NCBI GenBank assembly: GCA_050952645.1
Contig: JBMNLI010000013.1
Coordinates: 1-22,140, forward strand
Origin: Bdellovibrionota bacterium
GTDB lineage: Bacteria > Bdellovibrionota_C > UBA2361 > CAKMMH01
Direction: 5' to 3'
DNA length: 22,140 bases
Positions 8,431-16,390 of the stretch are shown in pieces (within the stretch, counting starts at the first letter, position 1; each line of letters starts with the position of its first letter). Under the pieces are notes generated by a model. The model saw nothing but the letters and a program-made list of their open reading frames with translations. It did not search any database and was not told the DNA's origin. A program made the position numbers and the translations under genes.

Positions 8431-10383
8431 ATGCCACATTCTAAAGGCCAAGGGCCAGATACGCCAGATAATCAAGATGATCTAAAACATATCCCCTCTA
8501 CTACAGGAAATGAACGAGGTGCTAGTAGAAACCCAGTAGGGCCAAATGATGAAACTAGAAATAATAACGCCAACGGTGATGCAGATTTAAGAGGTTATAA
8601 TTTTAATGAAACAAGGCAGGGATATAATAGAGATATAGATTCACATATTGAGAAAGCTAAAGAATATGAAAAAGAAAAAAAATATGGAATAGCCATAAAG
8701 TTTTACGACCTAGCATTTGCAATATTAAATGATAAAAATGAAAAATCAAGCGAAGATATAAGGAAGCTATGCGATTTAACGATATCGATAGCAGATTGCT
8801 ACCACTTAGCTAAAAAGGATTTTAAAGCTATAAAACACATAGAAGGCAAAATGAAACTTCTTAATAACTTACCACTAAAAAACGAGGATAAAATTGAATT
8901 ACTTATACTAGCTATCGACTATAGCATAGAAGCATTAAAAGATATTAACATATCGGAAAAATGTGAAGATAGCATACTAAACAAGATAGATACATTTATT
9001 TTATACATTCAAAAAATAAAACTAAACGATAGACAGGAAATATTAACATCAAAAAGCAAGCTAACTTCTCTAACAAATAACACTAGAGAAGCTTTCGGAA
9101 AAATAAACACTCTAGAGGCATACCAACGAGAAAAACTTTTACAACTATTATACGTTTGCCTAACAACATTTCTAACATTTGAAAAAATTTATGCTAAGCT
9201 CCCTAATAATAAAAATCAATATTTAGGCGATTTAATAAACCTTATAGAATTAGATATTGCGATTTTAGAAAATAAGGAAAAAAAAGAAAATGAGAAAATT
9301 GCCTATGCACTAAATAAAGCACTAGAATATTATAACGAGAAAAATAACTTAGCAAAATATCGTGAAACCTTTTTAAAAGCGAAAAGATTATACTTAGAAA
9401 ATGGCGATATAAAAGGATTGCAAGATTTGCTATATACAGCATTTTTTAATACATATGACAAATTAAATGAATTAGAGATATTAGAGACAAAGAAAGTTTC
9501 TAAAAAAGATAAGAAGCTTTTTAGCTTGTTTTTTCGCATTACCACAGAAGCAATCAATGCCCATCTTTTTATTACTAGGCAATACGACTGGGCAGATAAA
9601 TATGCATCATCTCTAATAGAAATGATGAGTTCAGAAAAAGCAAGAAAAATATTAGGAATCGATTTTTCAAAAGTTTTAGATTGGAGTAAAAAGAAGCTAA
9701 AAAATGTTTACGAAAAAAATGAATATTTCTTAACTAACTATTTATTAACTCTACACAATATCTCAAATACTCTATCCTCTAAAAATGTGAAAATTAGCGA
9801 GAACACTTCTAAAATTAACAAAGCAAATGAAAGATTGTTAAATATAATAGAAGAAAAAGAGGATGCTAAGTATTACACGCTCATAGCACTAAATATCTTA
9901 AATAAACTTATCGTAGCAGGTAATATCGATATAAATAAAGCAGAAAAAAAATTAAAAAATATTGGGCAATACGTAAAAGAAATAAATGAAGTAGGGATAT
10001 ACGCATCTTATATACAAGTAAAACTAGAATACAATTATAGATTTAATAAAATAAATTGTAAGAAAAAAACGCGTTCATTATTTAAAAAATTTTTAAGTCT
10101 TTGCGAGCAAGATGGCTCATTGATATATGGCTATAAATATTTTGAAACGATCTTTAGGCATGCAGAGTTTTTAATCGATAAAGCTAAAGATTATAAAAGG
10201 GCAAAAGAAGCAATCGATCTATTAGAAGATTATATAGAAGAAAAAAATTTACATAATTCTAAGCAAAATTTAAGATGCTTAGAATATAAAATGACTCTAT
10301 ATAAAAATTTAGGACTAGATGAAGAATACAAAAAAGTCAAAAAAGAATATAATAAAGTAAGAAAATATCTAGAAAATTTATAA
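8431..10383 (+). CDS. Hypothetical all-helical, TPR-like protein (650 aa), paralog of 7047..8210
   Basis: AGGA RBS. A disordered G/P/D/N-rich N-terminal ~60 aa is followed by TPR-like helices (AKEYEKEKKYGIAIKFYDLA; AEFLIDKAKDYKRAKEAIDLL; LYKNLGLDEEYKK). Confidence 0.82.
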   Translation: MPHSKGQGPDTPDNQDDLKHIPSTTGNERGASRNPVGPNDETRNNNANGDADLRGYNFNETRQGYNRDIDSHIEKAKEYEKEKKYGIAIKFYDLAFAILNDKNEKSSEDIRKLCDLTISIADCYHLAKKDFKAIKHIEGKMKLLNNLPLKNEDKIELLILAIDYSIEALKDINISEKCEDSILNKIDTFILYIQKIKLNDRQEILTSKSKLTSLTNNTREAFGKINTLEAYQREKLLQLLYVCLTTFLTFEKIYAKLPNNKNQYLGDLINLIELDIAILENKEKKENEKIAYALNKALEYYNEKNNLAKYRETFLKAKRLYLENGDIKGLQDLLYTAFFNTYDKLNELEILETKKVSKKDKKLFSLFFRITTEAINAHLFITRQYDWADKYASSLIEMMSSEKARKILGIDFSKVLDWSKKKLKNVYEKNEYFLTNYLLTLHNISNTLSSKNVKISENTSKINKANERLLNIIEEKEDAKYYTLIALNILNKLIVAGNIDINKAEKKLKNIGQYVKEINEVGIYASYIQVKLEYNYRFNKINCKKKTRSLFKKFLSLCEQDGSLIYGYKYFETIFRHAEFLIDKAKDYKRAKEAIDLLEDYIEEKNLHNSKQNLRCLEYKMTLYKNLGLDEEYKKVKKEYNKVRKYLENL

Positions 10384-10412
10384 GAAAAGATAAAATTTAG
10401 CTCACATAAAAT

Positions 10413-10442
10413 AAGCGCCAGAAAAAATTTTTTCTGACGCTT
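10413..10442. terminator. Probable (bidirectional) intrinsic terminator between convergent genes
   Basis: AAGCGCCAGAAAA / TTTTCTGACGCTT inverted repeat. The single mismatch is G-U on the minus strand, where ATTTTAT follows. Confidence 0.7.
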
Positions 10443-10549
10443 CTTATCTCTGCTTCTTTAGCTTTCCTTTAGAGAGGAAAAACCTCTTTAAAAAAACCAA
10501 AGCTTAAGGAACTTAAAGCCGCGTAGCGCCACAAAATGCCTAAAAAAGA

Positions 10550-10768
10550 TTAATTCTCGCTTAATACAGGAAAAACCCCACGCTTTTCCTGTTGTTGTCC
10601 CCAACAAACACGTTTAGGATCACAACTTTTGTTGCCTCTGTACGGACAAGCAGGGGCTATTAAACAACTCCCACAAGGTCTTTCGACATCCTCTCTCACG
10701 AGTTGTTTTTTTGTAGCTACTTCGCTAGACCCTCGAGTACGAGAGCCTCCTTCAATTTTTTCGCTCAT
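10550..10768 (-). CDS. Small Cys-rich hypothetical protein (72 aa; C-x2-C-x5-C-x7-C-x5-C)
   Basis: AGAAAGGG RBS before the ATG, its own promoter-like element upstream and a terminator downstream. The composition looks coding against the AT-rich intergenic background. Confidence 0.65.
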   Translation of the reverse strand: MSEKIEGGSRTRGSSEVATKKQLVREDVERPCGSCLIAPACPYRGNKSCDPKRVCWGQQQEKRGVFPVLSEN

Positions 10769-10838
10769 ATAAAAACCCTTTCTTTTCTAGATGTCCTTAC
10801 AAACACCAAAAAGGTAGCCATAACCAAAGTACTTTCAG

Positions 10839-10880
10839 AGTATACCTTACTTACTATTATGAGCAAATGAAATTTTCATT
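10839..10880 (-). promoter_or_regulatory. Putative promoter of the 72-aa gene with an adjacent 7-1-7 palindrome
   Basis: Minus strand TTGCTC, 16-nt spacer, TATACT. The palindrome AATGAAA-T-TTTCATT at 10866-10880 abuts the -35. Confidence 0.45.
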
Positions 10881-10890
10881 CTTTTACGTT

Positions 10891-12381
10891 TTAACTTATT
10901 TCTTCTATTTCTTTCTTAGTATCACGCACTCTTTTTAACGTTTCTTCTTTACCGAGTGCTATTATCGAGTCCATTAATGGAGGCGTTACGGCCTTTCCAG
11001 TTACTGCTATCCTAAGGACTCCAAAGCTTCCCCCTATATGATAGCCAAGCTTAGTAAATCTTGCATATATATCTTCTTCTAAAGCTTTAGCATTTTCTAT
11101 AGAAAAATCGCTACTCTCACTAAGAAAACTTTCACATACATTTAAAATCTCTAACGCTTTTTCCTTAACTATCCCCTTTTTAAACGCATCACTAATGTTT
11201 CTTTCTATCTCTTTTTTAAATAAAAAATCTACTCTTTCAGGAACATCGCTTAACACCTTCGTTCTTTCCTTAACATCACATGCCACGATACTAAATTTTT
11301 CTTCATCAAAAACTAAGCCAGATTTTTCAATAAAAGGAATAACCCTTTTAGTATATTCTTTAACGCTTAAATTTCTAATATGAACTCCATTCATCCATAA
11401 AAGCTTATCGTAATCGAAAATTCCACTCGCCTTGTTTATCCTATCTATTGTAAAACTTTCTATAAGTTCTTCTTTACTAAAAATTTCTCTATCATCCCCA
11501 GAAGACCAACCAATAAGAGTAATATAATTTAATAAAGCTTCTGGCAAATACCCCTCTTCTAAAAACGTATCTACAAATGTCGAGCCATGACGCTTACTAA
11601 GTTTCTTTTTATCTTTTCCTAAAATTAAAGGTAAATGACAAAAAATCGGAGCTTCCCAATTAAGCGCCCTGTAAATTAGTAAATGAATTGGTGTCGTAGA
11701 AATCCACTCATCTCCCCTTAAAACATGCGTTATACCCATTTCATGATCATCTACGACTACCGCTAAATGGTAAGTAGGAAGCCCGTCGCTTTTTAAAAGC
11801 ACAGGGTCTGCTAATGGCACCTCATGCCACGTTAGTTTCCCTTTTACACCATCGACTATCTCTAAATTACAATCTTTAGGCATTTTGAATCTAATTACGT
11901 GCGGCGTATCCTTAGAAACGTTTCTATCTCTACAATAACCACTATAACCACCACCGATAACTCCTTTCTTTTCCCTTTCTTTCCTCTCTTCTTCGAGTTT
12001 TTCTTGAGTGCAATCACACCTATAAGCCACACCGAGCTCTACTAACTTTTCAGCGATTTTCCCATACTTTTCTTTTCTTAAACTTTGAATATATGGGGCG
12101 AACTCACCACCATAATTAGAAGCCCCATCCCAATATTCACCGATTTGTTTTAACTCATCTACCGATGGCCCCTCATCAAAATCTATTCCCATAACATCTA
12201 GTATATTCATAAGGCTTTTTATAGACCCAGGGACTAAGCGTTCCCTATCCGTATCTTCTATTCTTAATACTAGTTTTCCCTTATAATGCCTAGCTGCAAA
12301 GTAAGCGTATAGCGCAGTTCTTAAATTTCCTAAATGAAGAAACCCCGTTGGGCTAGGTGCAAAACGAAATTTATAATTCAT
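10891..12381 (-). CDS. gltX: Glutamate--tRNA ligase
   Basis: RFAPSPTGFLHLGN (HIGH), LRIEDTD, YRCDC, PTYHLAVVVDDHEMGITHVLRGDEW, KLSKRHG (KMSKS) and C-terminal LRIAVTG...PPL. Confidence 0.98.
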   Translation of the reverse strand: MNYKFRFAPSPTGFLHLGNLRTALYAYFAARHYKGKLVLRIEDTDRERLVPGSIKSLMNILDVMGIDFDEGPSVDELKQIGEYWDGASNYGGEFAPYIQSLRKEKYGKIAEKLVELGVAYRCDCTQEKLEEERKEREKKGVIGGGYSGYCRDRNVSKDTPHVIRFKMPKDCNLEIVDGVKGKLTWHEVPLADPVLLKSDGLPTYHLAVVVDDHEMGITHVLRGDEWISTTPIHLLIYRALNWEAPIFCHLPLILGKDKKKLSKRHGSTFVDTFLEEGYLPEALLNYITLIGWSSGDDREIFSKEELIESFTIDRINKASGIFDYDKLLWMNGVHIRNLSVKEYTKRVIPFIEKSGLVFDEEKFSIVACDVKERTKVLSDVPERVDFLFKKEIERNISDAFKKGIVKEKALEILNVCESFLSESSDFSIENAKALEEDIYARFTKLGYHIGGSFGVLRIAVTGKAVTPPLMDSIIALGKEETLKRVRDTKKEIEEIS

Positions 12382-12538
12382 AAAATTATCCTTTGATATT
12401 TTGTGATATTTATATTGTGATTTTTGCCTTTAATATTAAAAAAAATTAATATTATAAAATATTATATCTTTAAATATTATAGCCATTAAAAAATATAGTC
12501 TTTTAAAAATTTATAACCTTAAAAAAATTTATAGCTAA

Positions 12539-12604
12539 AAAAATTAGCATCGACTACCACTAAGACCAAAAGAAAATTGACTTTTAAGAAATTTGCATGA
12601 AAAT
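12539..12604 (+). repeat. Dispersed intergenic repeat, copy 1
   Basis: Core CCAAAAGAAAATTGACTTTTAAGAAATTTGCAT (12566-12598) matches 21516-21548 at 32/33 positions. The flanks AAAATTAG[C/T]ATC and AAAATA are also shared. Confidence 0.85.
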
Positions 12605-12722
12605 ATACTTAACTTTAAAGATAACTATAATTTTTTTAAAAAACTTTAGCTAGTTCTCTTGTTCTCTAGTTCTCTGTTAAATTTTCTCTGTTAAATTTCT
12701 TCTGGCAAGTCAATTTTCTTTT
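12568..12722. repeat. Perfect 16-bp inverted repeat pair enclosing ~120 bp
   Basis: AAAAGAAAATTGACTT (12568-12583) and AAGTCAATTTTCTTTT (12707-12722). The interior contains short tandem repeats (GTTCTCT x3, TTCTCTGTTAAATT x2). Confidence 0.85.
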
Positions 12723-12729
12723 AAACTAT

Positions 12730-14007
12730 TTACTTGCAAGGCGTTAATATATCGACTCCTACCCACTCTCTTAACACCTTAGGAACTACTACCGAACCAT
12801 CTTCCTTTTGAAATTGCTCTAAAATTGCAGGAAATAAACGGCTAGTAGCAAGTCCAGAAGCATTTAAAGTATGCAAGTAAGCATTCTTTCCGGTGTCTTT
12901 TGATTTATATCTAATATTCCCTCTAATCGCTTGATAATCTCTACATTTAGAAGCAGAACTTACCTCCTTAAATTCCCCCATACTTGGAATCCACACTTCG
13001 ATATCTAGCGTCTTTGCCATAGCGGCAGAACAATCTTTGCTCGCAAGTTTTGAGACTTGAAACGTTAGCCCTAAACCATTTACTAAATCTTCAGCTTTTT
13101 TTACTAAAAGCTCTAGCATAGCTTCTGAATCTTCAGGAACGCAGTAAACGAACATCTCTATTTTATTAAATTGATGCCCCCTTATCATACCTCTTTCAGA
13201 AGCTCTATAACTTCCAGCCTCACTTCTATAACAAGGCGTATAAGCAAAAAATTTCTTTGGAAGCTCCTCTTCAGGAACTATCTCATCTCTATAAAAATTA
13301 GCTAAAGGTGTTTCCGCCGTAGGAAGTAAAAATTGCCCCTTCTCACTTCCTTCTATTCTAAAAACATCATCTTTAAATTTTGGGAATTGCCCAGCTGTAT
13401 AGCCAGATTCGTAATTTAAAATATGTGGAGGTAAGATATACTCAAAGCCGTCTTTTAAATGTTCCTTAATAAAATAATTTAAAAGTCCCCACTCTAGCAA
13501 TGCACCTTTCCCAGTATATACCCAAAACCCATTTCCAGAGATTTTAGCGCCTCGCTTATAATCGATAAGCCCAAGAGAAGTAGCAAGCTCAACATGGTCT
13601 TTTGCCTTAAATGAAAAATTTTGCTTTTCACCAAACGTTCTTACTACCTTATTTTGCTCTTTATCTCCTTCAATTACATCATCATCGGCAGGATTAGGCA
13701 AAACTTCTAAAAACTCTCTTATCTTAGTTTGAAATGATGCGATAGTTTCATCTAACGCTTTTATCTTTTCTCCAATTTCTTTCATTTCACTCATTAAAGA
13801 AGAAACATCTTTTTTAGCCTTTTTAAGCTCTGGAATTTCAGCACTTACCTTATTTCTTTTAGCTTTTAAAATCTCAACCTCTGCTATAGATGCCCTACAA
13901 TCTTTATCCCAAGATAGCAACTCTGTAAAATCAACACTATCCATCTTTTTTAATAAACCTCTTTTTACTTCTTCAGGATTTTGTCTAATTTTATTTATAT
14001 CAAGCAT
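12730..14007 (-). CDS. serS: Serine--tRNA ligase
   Basis: MLDINKIR N-terminal coiled coil, GQFPKF, LLPTAETP, motif 2 CYRSEAG...RGHQFNKIE, EVSSAS and motif 3 HTLNASGLATSR. AAAGGAG RBS. Confidence 0.98.
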   Translation of the reverse strand: MLDINKIRQNPEEVKRGLLKKMDSVDFTELLSWDKDCRASIAEVEILKAKRNKVSAEIPELKKAKKDVSSLMSEMKEIGEKIKALDETIASFQTKIREFLEVLPNPADDDVIEGDKEQNKVVRTFGEKQNFSFKAKDHVELATSLGLIDYKRGAKISGNGFWVYTGKGALLEWGLLNYFIKEHLKDGFEYILPPHILNYESGYTAGQFPKFKDDVFRIEGSEKGQFLLPTAETPLANFYRDEIVPEEELPKKFFAYTPCYRSEAGSYRASERGMIRGHQFNKIEMFVYCVPEDSEAMLELLVKKAEDLVNGLGLTFQVSKLASKDCSAAMAKTLDIEVWIPSMGEFKEVSSASKCRDYQAIRGNIRYKSKDTGKNAYLHTLNASGLATSRLFPAILEQFQKEDGSVVVPKVLREWVGVDILTPCK

Positions 14008-14103
14008 TATAATTATTCTCCTTTAAATTTTAAAAAATTATTACCTAAAAAATATTACCTAAAAAAATATTGTTAATGATTTTTTAAAGATATTTGCCAA
14101 GCG

Positions 14104-14122
14104 ATATACTAGACTAGTATAT
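14104..14122. promoter_or_regulatory. Perfect 9-1-9 palindrome upstream of serS (operator-like)
   Basis: ATATACTAG-A-CTAGTATAT. It contains the -10-like TATACT on both strands. Confidence 0.45.
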
Positions 14123-14138
14123 AACACAATGTTTATTT

Positions 14139-15206
14139 TTAATATCTTAAAATTTTACTAATTGGCACTCTTTTTCTTTTAGAAACTTTTAACGTCTTTC
14201 CTTTAACTAAATGTTTTATAACTGCAACATCTTCTTTGTGGTACACTACATCTCTATCGATTGGATTGGAAACTGGCTTATTTCTTACTATCCCCTGCCA
14301 TTTAGCTACCCACAAAAACATGATGCAATTATTTTCGATGCCTCTATTTAGCCACTTTTTTACCTCTTTATAGGTTGCAGGTTTATATCCACTAACTCTT
14401 TGCCCAGTTTGCGAAAGAAAATCTATATCTTGCCCATCTCCGTTCATTATGCATCTATTCGGCTTTTTAGGGTCGCTAAAATACGCATGGCGCTCATCCC
14501 AAACATTCCCTGGAGCTACCCAAGTATTATGATCTACATTACTTCTTGCGATACCATATCTCCAATATTTTTTCATTTGCTTATATAAATTATTCCAAGC
14601 AGCTTTAGGATAATTATCTTCAAGTCCAGTAGATAAAATAAAATATCCATTTTTTATATACCTTCTTGTAATTCTCTTTACAGCTAACACTCTACGTCTT
14701 ATTCGGTGCTTAAGCCACTCGGGCATTTCCTTTAATGCTTTATTATATTCCTTAACATCTAGTCTTTTTAAAAAATCTAGCCTACTAACATTTCCAGTTC
14801 TTCTTCCAGCTTCATTAGAAAAATGGATCTCAGTTATATGACGCTTGCCTTGTTTTTCAGTCGCTTCCCAAAACTTTTTTAAGCAAGTATTATCTCTGCC
14901 AAAAGTATGAAATAGAACTGCTATCGCAGGATTTGAAGAACTTCTAGCCATTTTTATAACTCTTTTACAATTAACTTCTCCAAATTTCGGAGATTTTATA
15001 GGAAAGGCACTAACTCCAATTAAATATTCGGCACTTGCAACACTACTAGTAAATAATAATATCATAGAAAATAGTATCATAGGCGATAGTATAGGCGATA
15101 GTATAGGCGATAGTATAGACGATAATAATATTTCTCGTTTAAACATTTCTTTTTTAAACATTCCTATTTTAAACGTTCCTATTTTAAACATTCCTATTTT
15201 AAACAT
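14139..15206 (-). CDS. Secreted basic hypothetical protein, possible glycoside-hydrolase-like TIM barrel; paralog of 15313..16305. Start is ambiguous among the repeated ATGs at 15206/15191/15161/15146.
   Basis: Signal peptide ending VASA-E. Long blocks are identical to the neighbour: TEIHFSNEAGRR, FILSTGLEDNY, WDERHAY, RCIMNGDGQDIDFLS, GIENNCIMFLWVAKWQGI. Confidence 0.8.
   Translation of the reverse strand: MFKIGMFKIGTFKIGMFKKEMFKREILLSSILSPILSPILSPMILFSMILLFTSSVASAEYLIGVSAFPIKSPKFGEVNCKRVIKMARSSSNPAIAVLFHTFGRDNTCLKKFWEATEKQGKRHITEIHFSNEAGRRTGNVSRLDFLKRLDVKEYNKALKEMPEWLKHRIRRRVLAVKRITRRYIKNGYFILSTGLEDNYPKAAWNNLYKQMKKYWRYGIARSNVDHNTWVAPGNVWDERHAYFSDPKKPNRCIMNGDGQDIDFLSQTGQRVSGYKPATYKEVKKWLNRGIENNCIMFLWVAKWQGIVRNKPVSNPIDRDVVYHKEDVAVIKHLVKGKTLKVSKRKRVPISKILRY
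15060..15206 (-). repeat. In-frame 15-bp (MFKIG-type, x5) and 12-bp (SPIL-type, x3-4) tandem repeats at the start and in the signal peptide
   Basis: On the + strand, TTTTAAACATTCCTA-like units at ~15137-15206 and ATAGGCGATAGT units at ~15079-15126. Confidence 0.9.
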
Positions 15207-15312
15207 AATGACCTTGTTAAAATATATAAAATAAAATCTTACATTACTTAAGAAAAATATCCCTACTTTTTTGATGTTTGAAATATACAAAAAGTTTTAA
15301 TTATTTATAGTT

Positions 15313-16305
15313 TTATTTTTTCCTTTTTCCTTTTGATAGCACTTCACCAGTTACAAAAGTCGAAATAATAGGAATATCTTCTTTATGATAATAAACCTTT
15401 CTTTTCATCGGACTTGAAGCAGGCTTATTTTTTATTATCCCTTGCCACTTAGCAACCCATAAAAACATAATGCAATTATTTTCGATACCTTTTCTTAGCC
15501 ATGTTTTAACTTCCCTGTAAGTTGCAGGATCATAACTACTAACTCTTTGCCCAGTATATGAAAGAAAGTCTATATCTTGCCCATCTCCGTTCATTATACA
15601 TCTACCAGGTTTCCTAATTTTAGCATAGTACCTAGGGGAGTAAGCATGACGCTCATCCCAAACATCTAGTGGCAAATTTTCCACTTTTTGTTTTCTTCTA
15701 ACGGTGCTTCTTGCTATATCGTGTCTCCAATGCTTTTTTATTTGAGCATATAAATTATCCCAAGCTTTTTGCGTATAATTATCTTCTAGACCAGTAGATA
15801 AGATAAAATCTCCATTTTCCGTATAATCTCTTATCATAATATTTATTCTTCCTACTCTCTTTCTAATTCTTTCCTCTAACCAAGGGGGCATTTCTTCTAG
15901 CAATCTATTGTATTTTTTAACTTTATATTTTCTTAAAAAGTCTCGCTCACTAACATTTCCCGACCTTCTTCCAGCTTCATTAGAAAAATGGATTTCAGTT
16001 AGGTGGCGCTTGCTCTGTTTTCTAGCACTCTTCCAAAATTTTTTAAGACACTTAGTATCATTCCCAAAAGTGCTATACAAGATTGCTATCGCTGGGCGTT
16101 GTGACTTATTCGCCATTTCAATCACTCTCTTACAATTAGTATCTCCAAACTGTTTAGACTTTATAGGAAATGCACTTATTCCAACTAGCGACTCAGCATT
16201 TGCAATATTACTAAAAAACTTATTACTAATAAACGTATTATCAATAAACGTATTATTAATAAACAATGACACTAAAAACAATAGTAAAACTTTTCTTTTA
16301 AACAT
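15313..16305 (-). CDS. Secreted basic hypothetical protein, possible glycoside-hydrolase-like TIM barrel; paralog of 14139..15206
   Basis: AGGGTG RBS. The MFKRKVLLLFLVSLF...ANA-E signal peptide contains FINNT/FIDNT/FISNK 15-bp repeats. Same conserved blocks and four conserved Cys as the paralog. Confidence 0.82.
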   Translation of the reverse strand: MFKRKVLLLFLVSLFINNTFIDNTFISNKFFSNIANAESLVGISAFPIKSKQFGDTNCKRVIEMANKSQRPAIAILYSTFGNDTKCLKKFWKSARKQSKRHLTEIHFSNEAGRRSGNVSERDFLRKYKVKKYNRLLEEMPPWLEERIRKRVGRINIMIRDYTENGDFILSTGLEDNYTQKAWDNLYAQIKKHWRHDIARSTVRRKQKVENLPLDVWDERHAYSPRYYAKIRKPGRCIMNGDGQDIDFLSYTGQRVSSYDPATYREVKTWLRKGIENNCIMFLWVAKWQGIIKNKPASSPMKRKVYYHKEDIPIISTFVTGEVLSKGKRKK

Positions 16306-16390
16306 AAAATCACCCTATTAAGTTTAGAAAACTTAGCACTAAAAAATAAAAAACTGTTCCTTTTAACTATTTTAATTTAATTATTTTTAT

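Noticed and set aside
7277..9557. Minus-strand ORFs 7277..7549, 9242..9442 and 9330..9557
   Set aside because: Antisense shadows within longer + strand genes, with no RBS or recognisable motifs.
10400..10880. Possible tRNA, tmRNA, SRP, RNase P or 6S RNA in this GC-richer interval
   Set aside because: I found no cloverleaf, T-loop/CCA end, or SRP or RNase P signature by eye; the GC content is explained by the 72-aa ORF and hairpins.
15207..15290. Upstream extension of the 383-aa ORF (start at 15290)
   Set aside because: The paralog begins MFKRK, matching the MFK repeats at 15206-15146; the extension looks like intergenic sequence and would bury the signal peptide.
11195..16321. + strand ORFs 11195..11383, 14400..14588 and 15908..16321
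   Set aside because: Antisense to gltX or the secreted paralogs, with no independent evidence.
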